DNA from: Mobula hypostoma
Taxonomy: Eukaryota
Length of the DNA stretch: 64,000 nucleotides
Assembly (NCBI RefSeq): GCF_963921235.1
Contig: NC_086097.1
Span: 204,912,001-204,976,000, forward strand
Direction: 5' to 3'
Part shown: positions 51,390 to 63,369 of the stretch, in pieces
Layout: each line of letters opens with the position of its first letter
Position numbering within the stretch: position 1 is the stretch's first letter
Translations under genes and position numbers: made by a program
The notes under the pieces: generated by a model
What the model was told of the DNA's origin: nothing
Seen by the model: the letters and a program-made list of their open reading frames with translations, nothing else
The model's database searches: none

Positions 51390-52500
51390 ATTCCAAGTAA
51401 ATTTATTACCAATGTACTATATGTATATGCTGCCATATACCACCTTGAGATTCATTTTCTTGGGGGCAAACTGGCATAAGTACTCAAAGACTGATAAACA
51501 CTGATGTGCAATATGCCAAAAGAAGACAAAATGCAAGTAAAAATAATACTGAGAATATGAGTTGCAAAGAGTCATTGAAAGTGAATCTGCAGATTGTAGA
51601 ATCAGTTCAGAATAGTGGTGAATGGAGTTATCAACACAGGAGCCTGATTGTTGTAGGGTTATAACTTTTCCTGGGACCTAAGGCTTCTGCCATTCCTACC
51701 TGATGGTAGCTGTGAGAGGGCATGGCCTGGTAGGAGTCTTTAATGATGGATGTTGCTTTCTTGTGGCAATGCTCCAATTATATGTACTCAATGTTAGGGA
51801 GGGCTCCACCACTTTCTGTAGTCTTTTCTGTTCCTGGATATTGGTTTTGCCATACCATACCATGAGCAATGTATATGTGGCCAAGTGGTTAAGGCATTGG
51901 ACTAGCGACCTGAAGGTCGTGAGTTCGAACCCCAGCCGAGGGAACGTGTTGTGTCCACTGACACTGATGACACTGGTGCCAAGCTGTATGGGTCCTAATG
52001 CCCTTCCCTTGGACCACATTGGTGTCATGGAGAGGGGAGACTTGCAGCATGGGCAACTGCTGGTCTTCCATACAACCTTGCCCAGGCCTGTGCCCTGGAG
52101 AGTGAAGACTTTCCAGGCGCAGATCCATGGTCTGGTAAGACTAATGGATGCCTACCATGAGCAACCAGTTATGATACTCTCCGTTGTGCATTCATAGAAG
52201 ATTGTCAAGAATTTTGGTGACATGCCAATTCTACGCAAGCACTGTTGTATCTTCATAGTGATTACACTTGAGAGCTGGTGTCAGGACGCATCCCCTGATA
52301 TGCTGACACCAAGGAATTTTAAGTAACTAATCTTCTCTACATTTGTTCCCCTCATGAGAACAGGCTCATAGCCCTCCAGTTTCTTCCTGCTGTAGCCGAT
52401 AATCATCACTTTGATTTTGCTGGTGCTGAATAAGAGGTTGTTGTGGCAACACTCAACCAGATTTTCAGTCTCGCTCCTATATGCCAATTCGTCACTACCT
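51390..52500 (-). mobile_element. Decayed Rex1/Babar fragment (host of a SINE insertion)
   Basis: DELAYRSE..LVECCHNN..KFLGVSIS; VWYG..QEQKRLQKVV. Confidence 0.7.
51870..52152 (+). mobile_element. tRNA-derived SINE with a 12-bp TSD
   Basis: A box tggccaagtgg, B box gagttcgaaccc; TSD taccatgagcaa at 51858-51869 and 52153-52164. Confidence 0.85.
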
Positions 52501-52910
52501 TCTACAGACATTGGCTGTAAAGCAGTGTAACTGGGTGACAACACAGTATTGTCTTTCATTGATACTATTTCTTTCATGGAATTCTGTGACAAATCTATGC
52601 CGTTTCTAATGTAAGTCTGCCCAAATGGAAAATTGGAAGCCAAAATGTCACTGCTTTACAAGACAATGCCAATACAGGACTACAGAAAATCAAACTGATG
52701 AAGATGGAGAGCTGATGTTGTAAATAATGGCTGGCAAGAATGAGTTAACTTTATTTTTTAAAAAAATGATTAATTGAGTGTCATTCTGGCCAATTGATTT
52801 TCTGTTCACTTTGTAAATAAATGAAAGCTGAATCATTGCTGCTTCAGATCCATCAGAAATCAGAATGTGTGTTAAGTAAGTAAATCAATTAAAATAAGTG
52901 TGTACATATA

Positions 52911-54468
52911 CAGTGGCATGCAAAAGTTTGGGCAGCCCTGGTCAAAATTTCTGTTACTGTGAATAGCTAAGCGCATAAAAGATGAACTGATTTCCAAAAG
53001 GCATAAAGTTAAAGATGACGTATTTCTTTAATATTTTAAGCATGATTACTTTTTTATTTCCATCTCTTACAGTTTCAAAATAACAAAAAAGGAAAAGGGC
53101 CTGAAGCAAAAGTTTGGGTACCCTGCATAGTCAGTACTTAGTAACATCCCCTTTGGCAAGTATCACAGATTGTAAACACTTTCTGTAGCCAGCTAAAAGT
53201 CTTTCAGTTCTTGTTTGGGGGATTTTTGCCCATTCTTCCTTGCAAAAGGCTTCTAGCTCTGTAAGATTCTTGGGCCATCTTGCATGCACTGTTCTTTTAA
53301 GGTCTATCCACAGATTTTCGATGATGTTTAGGTCGGGGGACTGTGAGGGCCATGGCAAAACCTTCAGCTTGCGTCTCGAGGTAGTCCATTGTGGATTTTG
53401 AAGTGTGTTTAGGATCATTATCCTGTTGCAGAAGCCATCCTCCTTTCATCTTCAGCTTTTTTACAGACGGTGTGATGTTTGCTTCCAGAATTTTCTGGTA
53501 CTTAATTGAATTCATTCTTCCCTCTACCAGTGAAATGTTCCCCGTGCCACTGGCTGCAACACAAGCCCAAAGCATGATCGATCCACCCCCGTGCTTAACA
53601 GTTGGAGAGGTGTTCTTTTCATGAAATTCTACACCCTTTCTTCTCCAAACATACCTTTGCTCATTGCGGCCAAAAAGTTCTATTTTAACTTCTTCAGTCC
53701 ACAGGACTTGTTTTCAAAATGCATCAGGCTTGTTTAGATGTTCCTTTGCAAACTTCTGATGCTGAATTTTGTGGTGAGGATGCAGGAAAAGTCTTCTTCT
53801 GATGACTCTTCCATGAAGGTCATATTGTGCAGGTGTCACTGCACAGTAGAACAGTGAACCACCACTCCAGAGTCTGCTAAATCTTCCTGAAGGTCTTTTG
53901 CAGTCAAATGGGGGTTTTGATTTGCTTTTCTAGCAATCCTATGAGCAGTCCTCTTGGAAAGTTTTCTTGGTCTTCCAGACCTCAACTTGACCTCCACTGT
54001 TCCTGTTAACTGCCATTTCTTAATTACATTATGAACTGAGGAAACGGCTACCTGAAAACACTTTGCTATCTTCTTATAGCCTTCTCCTGCTTTGTGGGCA
54101 TCATTTATTTTAATTTTCAGAGTGCTAGGCAGCTGCTTAACGGAGCCCATGGCTGTTGATTGTTGGGACAAGGTTTGAGGAGTCAGGGTATTTATAAAGC
54201 TTTGAAATTTGCATCACCTGGCCTTTCCTAACGATGACTGTGAACAAGCCATAGCCCTAACAAGCTAATTAAGCTCTGAAACCTTAGTAAAGGTTATCTG
54301 AGAGCTCAAATCTCTTGGGGTGCCCAAATTTTTGCATGGTGCTCCTTTCCGTTTTCTTACTCTAAAATTGTGCAAAACAAAAATAATACACTAATCTTGC
54401 TTAAAATGTTGAAAACAATGTTTCATCTTTAACTTTATGACTTTTGGAGATCAGTTCATCTTCTACTC
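52911..54468 (-). mobile_element. Tc1-family IR/DR transposon with a near full-length, disrupted transposase; right TIR truncated by CR1
   Basis: TA|CAGTGGCATGCAAAAGTTTGGG end with an inner DR at ~53107; N-terminus HKAGEGYKKIAK..GRPRKL; C-terminus QQDNDPKH and WPSQSPDLNIIENLW. Confidence 0.92.
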
Positions 54469-55240
54469 TGTAAACTGGATTTGAAATTGGCTGTGTGGGA
54501 GAAGACAGTGTGGTAGTGGATGTTTGCTTATCAGACTGGAGGCCTGTGACTGGGACCATTGTTGTTTGTTGTCTATATCAATGATCTAGATAATAATGTG
54601 GTAAAATGGATCAGCAAGTTTGCTGATGACATTAAGATTGGAGGCATTGTGGACAGCGAGGAAGGCTTTCAAAGCTTTCAGAAGGATCTGGACCAACCGG
54701 AAGAATGGGCCAGAAAATGGCAGATGGAATTTAATGCAGACAAGTTTGAGGTGTTGCATTTTGGAAGGACAAATCAAGGTAGGGCATACACAGTAAATGG
54801 TAGGATACTGGGGAGTGCGGAGGAACAGAGATCTGGGAGTTCAGATACATAGTTCCCTGAAAGTGGCATCACAGGTAGACAGGGTTGTAAAGAAGGCTTT
54901 TGGCATCTTGGCATTCATAAATCAAAGTATTGAGTATAGGAGTTGGGACATTATGGGGAGGTTGTTTCAGACTTATTGGTGAGGCCAAATTTGGAGTACC
55001 ATTTACAGCTCTGGCACCTAACTATAGGAAGGATATCAGTAAGATTGAAAGAGTGCAGAGAAGATTTACTAGGATGATGCTGGGTCTTCAGGAGTTGAGT
55101 TACAGGGAAAGATTGAACAGGTTAAGACTTTATTCCTTGGAGCGTAGAAGAATGAGGGGAGACTTGATAGAGATTTACAAAATTATATGGGGTATAGACA
55201 AAGTAAATGTGAATAGGCTCTTTCCACTTAGGATAGGAGA
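54469..55240 (+). mobile_element. CR1 RT fragment
   Basis: YINDLDNNVVKWISKFADD..RGDLIEIYKI. Confidence 0.85.
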
Positions 55241-55878
55241 GAATCTCACCTGGTCCCTCAACACCAGCTCCATAGCAAAGAAAGCCCAGTAGTGTCTCTA
55301 CTTTCGGCAAATGCTGAGAAAAGTCCATCTCCCACCCCCCATCCTCACCACATTCTACAGAGGTTGTATTGAGAGCATCCTGAGCAGCTGCATCACTGCC
55401 TGGTTCGGAAATTGCACCATCTCGGATCGCAAGACCCTGCAGCGGATAGTGAGGTCTGCTGAGAAGATCATTGGTGTCTCTCTTCCCGCCATCACAGACA
55501 TTTACACCACACACTGCAACCATAAAGCAAACAGCATTATGAAGGGCCCCACGCACCCCTCATACAAACTCTTCTCCCTCCTGCCATCTGGCAAAAGGCA
55601 CCGAAGAATTCAGAATCTCATGACCAGACTATGTAACGGTTTCTTCCCTCAAGCCATCAGACTCCTCAATACCCAGAGCCTGGACTGACACCAGCCTACT
55701 GCCCTCTACTGTGCCTATTGTCTTGTTTATTATTTATTGTAATGTCTGCACTGTTTTGTGCACTTTATGCTGTCCTGGGTAGGTCTGTAGTCTAATGTGG
55801 TTTTCGTATTGTTTTACGTAGTTCAGTGTAGTTGTTGTATTGTTTCATGTAGCACAATGGTCCTGAAAAATGTTGTAT
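55241..55878 (+). mobile_element. Rex1/Babar 3' fragment abutting the CR1
   Basis: NLTWSLNT..KKAQ..TFYRGCIESILSSCITAWFG..FFPQAIRLLN. Confidence 0.82.
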
Positions 55879-55996
55879 GTACACTCTGGTTGATAATCTA
55901 GTGTAATAAACACTTTTAGCTTTGTTTTCTTTTACATTGGATTACAGAGTGAAGAACTTTAAAACTACAATACTCAATATACTGTGTTGGTATCTA

Positions 55997-56140
55997 AGCA
56001 ACACACATCAACGTCCTGACGAAGGGTCTCGGCCTGAAACGTCGACTGCACCTCTTCCTACAGATGCTGCTTGGCCTGCTGCGTTCACCAGCAACTTTGA
56101 TGTGTGTTGCTTGAATTTCCAGCATCTGCAGAATTCCTGT
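55997..56140 (+). mobile_element. 144-bp minimal Penelope-derived element (HHR plus tail)
   Basis: 14-bp TSD tgtgttggtatcta at 55983-55996 and 56141-56154; inverted head aagcaacacacatcaa is the reverse complement of 56097-56112. Confidence 0.88.
56013..56046 (+). ncRNA. Minimal type I hammerhead ribozyme motif (intact core)
   Basis: gtc-CTGACGA-a-gggt(ctcg)gcct-GAAA-CG-TC-gac. Confidence 0.75.
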
Positions 56141-56209
56141 TGTGTTGGTATCTAGTTTGATTTTATTACCCTTTTCCACCAATTCTTGATTTTTAAGCTG
56201 TCGTTAGCC

Positions 56210-57430
56210 TTAGCAAAGGTATTTCAAACGTCCTTAGCCACAGGTGAGATGCTGGAGGATTGGAGGATAGCAAAATGTTGTTACTTTGTTTAAGAAAGGC
56301 TCTAAGAATAAGCCAAGAAAATATAGGCTGGTGAGCATAGCATCAGTGGTGGCCAAGTTATTGGAAGGTATGCTAGGGGGTTGAATATATTAAGTATTTG
56401 GATAGACTGGGACTGATTAGGGATAGTCAATATGGCTTTGTGTGTGATAGGTTATGCTTAACCAAAACTATGGAGTTTTTCACATGAGAGTTTGGTCAAG
56501 AAAGTTGGCATTCAGGATGGGTCAGTAATTTGGATTCAATATTGGCTTCATGGGAGAAGTAGTAGTAGATCATTGCCTTTATGACTGGAGGCTTGTGACT
56601 AGTGGTGTGCCACAGAGGTTGGTACTGGGTCAATTGTTGTTTGTCATCTACTGTATATTGACTCTCTAAATGATAATGTGGTAAACTGGATCAGCAAATT
56701 GGTGGATGACACCAAGATTGGTGGGGGTGGGGGATGGTGTAGAAGATAGTGAAGAAAATGATCAAAGCTGGCAGCGGGATCTGGACCAGCTGGATATACG
56801 GGCTGAAAAATGGCCGATGGAATTTAATGCATACAAGTGTGAGGCATTGCATTTTCGGAGGACAAACCAAGGTGGGACTGAGACAGTGAACAGTTGGGCA
56901 CTGAGGAGTGTGGTAGAACAGAGGGATCTGGGAATACAGATCCATGATTCCTTGAATGTGGTGTAACAGATAGAGAAGATCGTAAAAAAACTTCTGGCAC
57001 ATTGGCTTTCATAAATCAAGGTATTGAGTACAAGTGTTCAGATATTATGTTGGAGTTGTTTCAGATGTTGGTGAGGCCTAATTTGCGATATTATGTGCAC
57101 TTTTCGTCGCCTACCTATAGGGGAGATTTGATAGAGGTATATACAATTATGAGTGGTATCAATAGGGTAAATGCAGGTTTTTTCCACTGAGGTTTGGTGA
57201 GACAAGAACTAGAGACTCTAGTCTCGTTAAGAATGAGAGGTGAAATGTTTAAGGGAAACGTGAAAGAACTTTATTCAGAGGGTAGTAACAGTGTGGAATG
57301 ATTAGATAAGTACATGGATGAAAGGAGTATGGAGGGCTGTCTGGGTGTAGGTCAATGACACTATGCAAGGTAATAGCTCAGCACAGATGGGCCAAAGGGC
57401 CTGTTTCTGTGCTGTCATGCTCCATGATTC
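56210..57430 (+). mobile_element. Decayed CR1 ORF2 fragment and 3' UTR
   Basis: EDWRIA..GVPQ..QRDLDQL..VRPNL motifs. Confidence 0.8.
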
Positions 57431-58379
57431 TATTGATGTTTCCTATTACTTTATTTCTGATTATCTTTTAAATGCAAATATGACACCATTCCCACACTTC
57501 ATCAAAATCCTCACTCACTAAATTCCAAAATTTCATATTTGATGTAAGCAGAATTATGTGGAACTTTGCTCCACGTGTTAGCATAATCTTTCTGTATTTA
57601 TATTAACAAAAATTCCAAGTATCTGAGTCAGCCCCAGTACCAGATACTGCTTACTTACCACTGACCAACACTGTGAAAGTACCCACATGTTTAACTTGAA
57701 CAGAATTGCTAGTATGGAGTTTGCAGGATCTCATTGTGTCTGCATAGATTTCCTCTGGATGTTTTGTGGTTTCCTCCCACATACTAAAAACATGAAGACT
57801 GGTTCTTTACTTGTCAATTGCAAATTGCCTCTAGTATGTAGACAAGTGATTGAATCTGTGGTGAATTGATAGGAATGTGGTGAAAATAAAATGATAGGAT
57901 ATGAATGATGCTTGATGGTCGTTGTGGACTTGTTGGGCTAAAGGGCCTGTTACCACATTCTATGACTACGACTCTGCATCTCTCCTAGCTCTTTGAAGGA
58001 ATTGTTCAATTATCTCCACCTCTATCCTGGTAATCATGCAGAGAGTCAATTCCATTTAAACATATTGCCTTCAGTAAGATTACTAATAAAACTACTTTAT
58101 GCTGAAATTCGAAATGATAATGACTAGATGCAGTTTTTAAATGAAAACAATCTTCTCGTTTCCTCGCTTTGCTTTTCTCTTATCTTCTTTGTTAATGTCT
58201 TTTTAAATTGAACATCTGTAAATCTTTCCTCCAAGAACAGCAGTCCCAGTTCCTTTGGTCTCCTTACACAACTAATAACCTTTTATCTTTTACAGAAGTG
58301 TCCAGTATCACTGTCCCCATATGCCACATTCTGAATGCATTTTCCGAAACGGAATTATATGGTCTTCTCCATGTAAATT

Positions 58380-58665
58380 AAGTGGCCACTTTATTAGGTA
58401 CACCTATAGACCTGCATGTTAATGTTAACCTAATCAGCCAATCATGACAGCAACTCAATGCATAAAAGCATGCACACATATTCAAGATGTTCAGTCGTCA
58501 TTCAGACAAAATAGAATGGGGAGAAATATGATCTGAGTGACTTTGACCATGGAATGATTGTTGTTGCCAGATGGGGTGGTTTGAGGATTTCTGATACTGC
58601 TGACCTTCTGGGATTTTCATGCACAACGGGCTAAAGTCTATAGAGAATGGTGCAATATATAAAAA
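58380..58665 (+). mobile_element. Partial Tc1-derived element (family of 3938-4374)
   Basis: agtggccactttattaggtacacc TIR; MGEKYDLSDFDHGMIV remnant. Confidence 0.72.
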
Positions 58666-58739
58666 GCATGCATTGAATTCATCCTTTTTTTTGTGTTGAT
58701 CCGAACTCCAATGTCTGCAATCTCCTGTGGCTCCATGTT

Positions 58740-59250
58740 GCTGACGGAGGTAGGCAGGGAAACCAGACCTTTCGGAAGTTTTCCAGTATGTAACATTTTA
58801 GTCCAGTGAAGAGCAAGCTTCAACAATTTGGATTCAATGATTTAAACAATGTTCAAAACAGGTCAATAATTTGAAACAATTCTTTAGAGGCAGAATAGTG
58901 ATTAAGGTTGATGGAAGGAGAGGCACCTTGATTAAAAGAGAGGAGCTGAGAGTGCAGTGAAAAATGGCAGAAGTGTTCTGGCCTGAGAGGGGCATGGCAT
59001 TGATGTAAACTGTGAGAAGGGGTGAAGATAGTTCACATGACATTGAGGGGAGGAGAGTCTGCTTCCTTGAACCGAAGGAAGAAAGGGTAAAGATAATGTA
59101 TAAGAAGGAGAAAAAGTAAACAGGCTGCATGAGCCAAAACAAGAAGCATAAATTAGAACCAAAAGAAATCAGGCATAGAAGAATAATGACATAGAAGTGG
59201 AGAGAAGGGGGAAGATTTCCTTCATAGAGTTGGTGGAGGTATGTAATAGC
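58740..59250 (-). mobile_element. Very decayed L2-like RT fragment
   Basis: SCEL..PLLT..IN..LSG...IFH....SLLIK.P.LPS.L resembles the L2 RT N-terminal region. Confidence 0.4.
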
Positions 59251-59671
59251 CAGAAATAATTCTACAGTTGAATTGGCAGCGGTTAATACAAAGACATGCT
59301 ATAAAACGAAGGGAAACACTATGCAGTTGCCACCATCTCCTAGCTTTCCAACGGTGTCGTCCATGCCCTGGCTAGCAGTAAATAGCATTAAATAAACAGT
59401 GGCCACTTACATATGCCATCAGTAAAGCTACTGCTGTCTTATTGGTAGGACAAGACTGTTACAGACGTTAGAGCTGCAGTTAGCAGCAGTACTATGAAAG
59501 TGAGAAGCAATTAATTTAACTGCATCCACATCCTCATTGAAAATAGGGCAGAGGAACCAAGTGAAATAAATCAAAATGAGTAGAGTTTTTGAATTTGCTT
59601 GAAAATTATTTTTTAAAATGTAACCAGAACATCCTCAGAATAGCTAGCTAAAATAAGAATGGTAGAGTGAG

Positions 59672-59860
59672 AGATAGAACATAGAATAGTACAGCACAGT
59701 ACAGGTCCTTCGGCCCACAATGTTGTGCCGACCCTCAAACCCTGCCTCCCATATAACCCCCTACCTTATATTCCTCCATATACCTGTCTAGTAGTCTCTT
59801 AAATTTCACTAGTCTATCTGCCTCCACCACTGACTCAGGCGGTGTATTCCACGCACATTG
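59672..59860 (-). mobile_element. CR1 3' end
   Basis: catagaatagtacagcacagtacaggtccttcggcccacaatgttgtgccg is the reverse of the CR1 3' UTR at ~11860-11900. Confidence 0.75.
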
Positions 59861-59989
59861 ATATATATGCATCTCACAATATTTTTATCATGAACAAAAG
59901 GGTTGGTTTCTGTGCTGTACTGTTCTATATTTTATGTGATATTTGATACAAATTTATCAGCTGCAGTGGCTGGGGCACGTGATAAAGAT

Positions 59990-60393
59990 GCCCCCATGTC
60001 GGCTACCCTGCAGTGTTACATGGCCAGCTACATCATGGTCAACGCTCAGCTGGAAGGCTGAAGAAGCGCTATAAGGATCAGATAAAGAATGCTTTAAGGA
60101 AGTGCAAGTTCAGAGCCGAGGACCTGGAGGAGTTTGCTGCTGACCGTACCACTTGGTGACAGCTGTGTAGGGACGGGGTTCGTATTCTGGAGATGGAAAG
60201 AACAACCAGAAGACAGCAGGAGAGAGCCAGGAGAAATGCAGCCATGGTTACCACCACCACTGCTACATATACATGTCCCACCTTCAATAGAGCCCTGTGG
60301 GTCCAGGATAGGACTGTATAGTCATCAAAGATCTCATTGTTAAAGGAGTGGACGTCGTCATCGGATTTTGATGGGCAACCGAAGAAGAAGAAG
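59990..60393 (+). mobile_element. RTE-clade LINE 3' fragment
   Basis: GQLHHGQRSAG..KKRYKDQIKNALRKC..EEFAADRTTW..SRIGLYSHQR; (gaa)n tail. Confidence 0.78.
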
Positions 60394-60559
60394 ATACAAA
60401 TTTCTCTCACAAGTGTCATTGGCAATTGTTAGTTAAGTGCACGTCCTATAGATATCTGATCTGTGCTGATGGATGCTGATGGCAGTCCAGTGCGACAATG
60501 CAGATTTCTGTAGACTTCCAAACTCTCAGGTAAAGGAATAGACCTACAAACTCTGACTT

Positions 60560-60672
60560 CTCATCTTTTTTTCCAGTCCTGATAAAGGATCTTGGCCTGA
60601 AATGCCAGCAGTTTATTAGTTTCCATGGATGCTGCCTGACATGTTGAGATCCTTCAGCATTTTGTGTGTGTC
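60560..60672 (+). mobile_element. Decayed Penelope pseudo-LTR end with a mutated HHR
   Basis: cagtcctgataaaggatcttggcctgaaatg..gatgctgcctgacatgttgag..cagcattttgtgtgtgt. Confidence 0.7.
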
Positions 60673-60977
60673 GCCAATGGAACTACTGAGCCTGCACCAA
60701 GTAGACCAGGCGTAATGATGCAGAGCTGTTGAAATTAATAGAAAGGAACAACTTCCCATTGAATGCCTTGTAGTCTTTTTTGATTTAATTAAGTTAATTT
60801 GAAATATGTTATGTTGTTCAAGTGTGAAACCTTTGACAGCTGGTGTACCTGATTGACTATCAAAGCCATTCTGCAAGTACATTTAGCTACTTACGCTTTA
60901 CGAAGAAATCATTGAATGTTCGATCTCTCACATCAGTTGGGAGATGGTGCCCCGGACCATGCTGAAAGAAGCAGCAT

Positions 60978-62830
60978 TAGAAACCACAGAAACTACAGCA
61001 CAGAAACAGGCCCTTTGGCCCTTCTTGGCTGTGCCGAACCATTTTCTGCCTAGTCCCACTGACCTGCACACGGACCATATCCCTCCATACACCTCCCATC
61101 CATGTATCTATCTAATTTATTCTTAAATGTTAAAAAAGAACCCACATTTTCCACCTCGTCTGGCAGCTCATTCCATACTCCCACCATTCTCTGTGTGAAG
61201 AAGCCCCCCCTAATGTTCCCTTTAAACTATTCCCCCCTCACCCTTAACCCATGTCCTCTGATTTTTTTCTCCCCTTGCCTCAGTGGAAAAAGCCTGCTTG
61301 CATTCCCTCTATCTATACCCATCATAATTTTATATACCTCTATCAAATCTCCCCTCATTCTTCTACGCTCCAGGGAATAAAGTTCTAACCTATTCAACCT
61401 TTCTCTGTAACTGAGTTTCTCAAGTCCCGGCAACATCCTTGTAAACCTTCTCTGCACTCTTTCAACCTTATTTATATCCTTCCTGTAATTTGGTGACCAA
61501 AACTGAACACAATACTCCAGATTCAGCCTCACCAATGCCTTATACAACCTCATCATAACATTCCAGCTCTTATACTCAATACTTCGATTAATAAAGGCCA
61601 ATGTACCAAAAGCTCTTTACGACTCTATCTACCTGTGACGACACTTTTAGGGAATTTTGTATCTGTATTCCCAGATCCCTCTGTTCCACTGCACTCCTCA
61701 GTGCCTTACCATTAACCCTGTATGTTCTATGTTGGTTTGTCCTTCCAACGTGCAATACCTCACACTTGTCAGTATTAAACTCCATCTGCCATTTTTCAGC
61801 CCATTTTTCCAGCTGGTCCAAGTCCCTCTGCAGGCTCTGAAAACCTTCCTCACTGTCTACTACACCTCCAATCTTTGTATCATCAGCAAACTTGCTGATC
61901 CAATTTACCACATTATCATCCAGATCATTGATATAGATGACAAATAACAATGGACCCAGCACTGATCCCTGTGGCACACCACTAGTCACAGGCCTCCACT
62001 CAGAGAAGCAATTTTCTACCACCACTCTCTGGCTTCTTCCATCGAGCCAATGTCCAATCCAATTTACCACCTCTCCATGTATACCTAGCGACTGAATTTT
62101 CCTAACTAACCTCCCATGCGGGACCTTGACAAAGGCCTTACTGAAGTCCATGTAGACAATATCCACTGCCTTCCCTTCATCCACTTTCCTGGTAACCTCC
62201 TCGAAAAACTCCAACAGATTGGTCAAACATGACCTACCACGCACAAAGCCATGTTGACTCTCCCCAATAAGCCCCTGTCTATCCAAATGCTTGTAGATTC
62301 TGTCTCTTAGTACTCCCTCCAATAACTTACCTACTACTGATGTTAAACTCACCGGCCTATAATTTCCCGGATTACTTTTCGATCCTTTTTTAAACAACGG
62401 AACAAGATGAGCCACTCTCCAATCCTCCGGCACTTCACCCGTAGACAGCACATTTTAAATATTTCTGCCAGGGCCCCAGCAATTTCAACACTAGTCTCCT
62501 TCAAGATCCGAGGGAACACCCTGTCAGATCCCGGGGATTTATCCACTTTAATTTTCCTCAAGACAGCAAGCACCTCCTCCTTTTCAATCTGTACAGTTGC
62601 CATTGGCTCACTACTTGATTCCCTCAATTCCATAGATTTCATGCCAGCTTCCTTAGTAAATACAGATGCAAAAAACCTATTTAAGATCTCCCCCATTTCC
62701 TTTGGTTCCGCACAAAGCTGACCACTCTGATCTTCAAGAGGACCAATTTTATCCCTTACAATCCTTTTGCTCTTAATATACTTGTAAACGCTCTTTGGAT
62801 TATCCTTCAATATACTTGTAAAAGCTCTTT
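60978..62830 (-). mobile_element. CR1 LINE, ~1.85 kb, 5'-truncated; RT core open for 287 aa
   Basis: ORFs 62349-62894, 61588-62451 (NYRPVSLTS..QHGF..DFSKAF..GVPQGSVLGP..YINDLD..KFADD) and 61227-61601. Confidence 0.93.
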
Positions 62831-63369
62831 GTCTATACCTAGGAGCTAGCAATCCACTTCTTGTCTGTGTTAAGGCAAAAAAAATGGTAAACACTAATTG
62901 TCAAAATCTGTGGAAATTAATTGCTATATTTTGCAAGACCACAAATAAGTGTGCGAAGTTTAATACATAATTTAAATTAGAAATTATGCATTGGGAGGAA
63001 AGTACACAAAAAAAACATAAAATAGTATATGTAATTGATGAATCACTGAATGTGTAGACACTTTAATCATGAAGGGTAAGGGTACAGATATAAGTAGCTT
63101 CGCTTCGATGACAGTGCTAACATATGGAGCAGGGGAAGGTTCAAGTGATGGTAAAGGAAAGACAAATTCATCAATAAATATTGATTAGAAAGGGAAATGG
63201 AATATAATATTTTGTAACTAGAGACATTGTAACTAAAGATTTTGCAGAGAAGATTTTGATTTTGCAGCGGGAGGTATTAAGTACCAGGTTAGGATTCCAG
63301 AGCTGAGTTTGCTTGGAATTATGATACTGGAAGTGGAGCTGTGGTCCATTAGCAATAGTCTAACATAGG

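Noticed and set aside
51870..51945. Functional tRNA gene (also 29658-29730)
   Set aside because: These heads continue into SINE bodies with a tail or TSD, and the cloverleaf arms are imperfect.
61588..62451. Intact RT gene, retron or other prokaryotic RT system
   Set aside because: It is a 5'-truncated, frameshifted CR1 ORF2 with a typical CR1 3' UTR.
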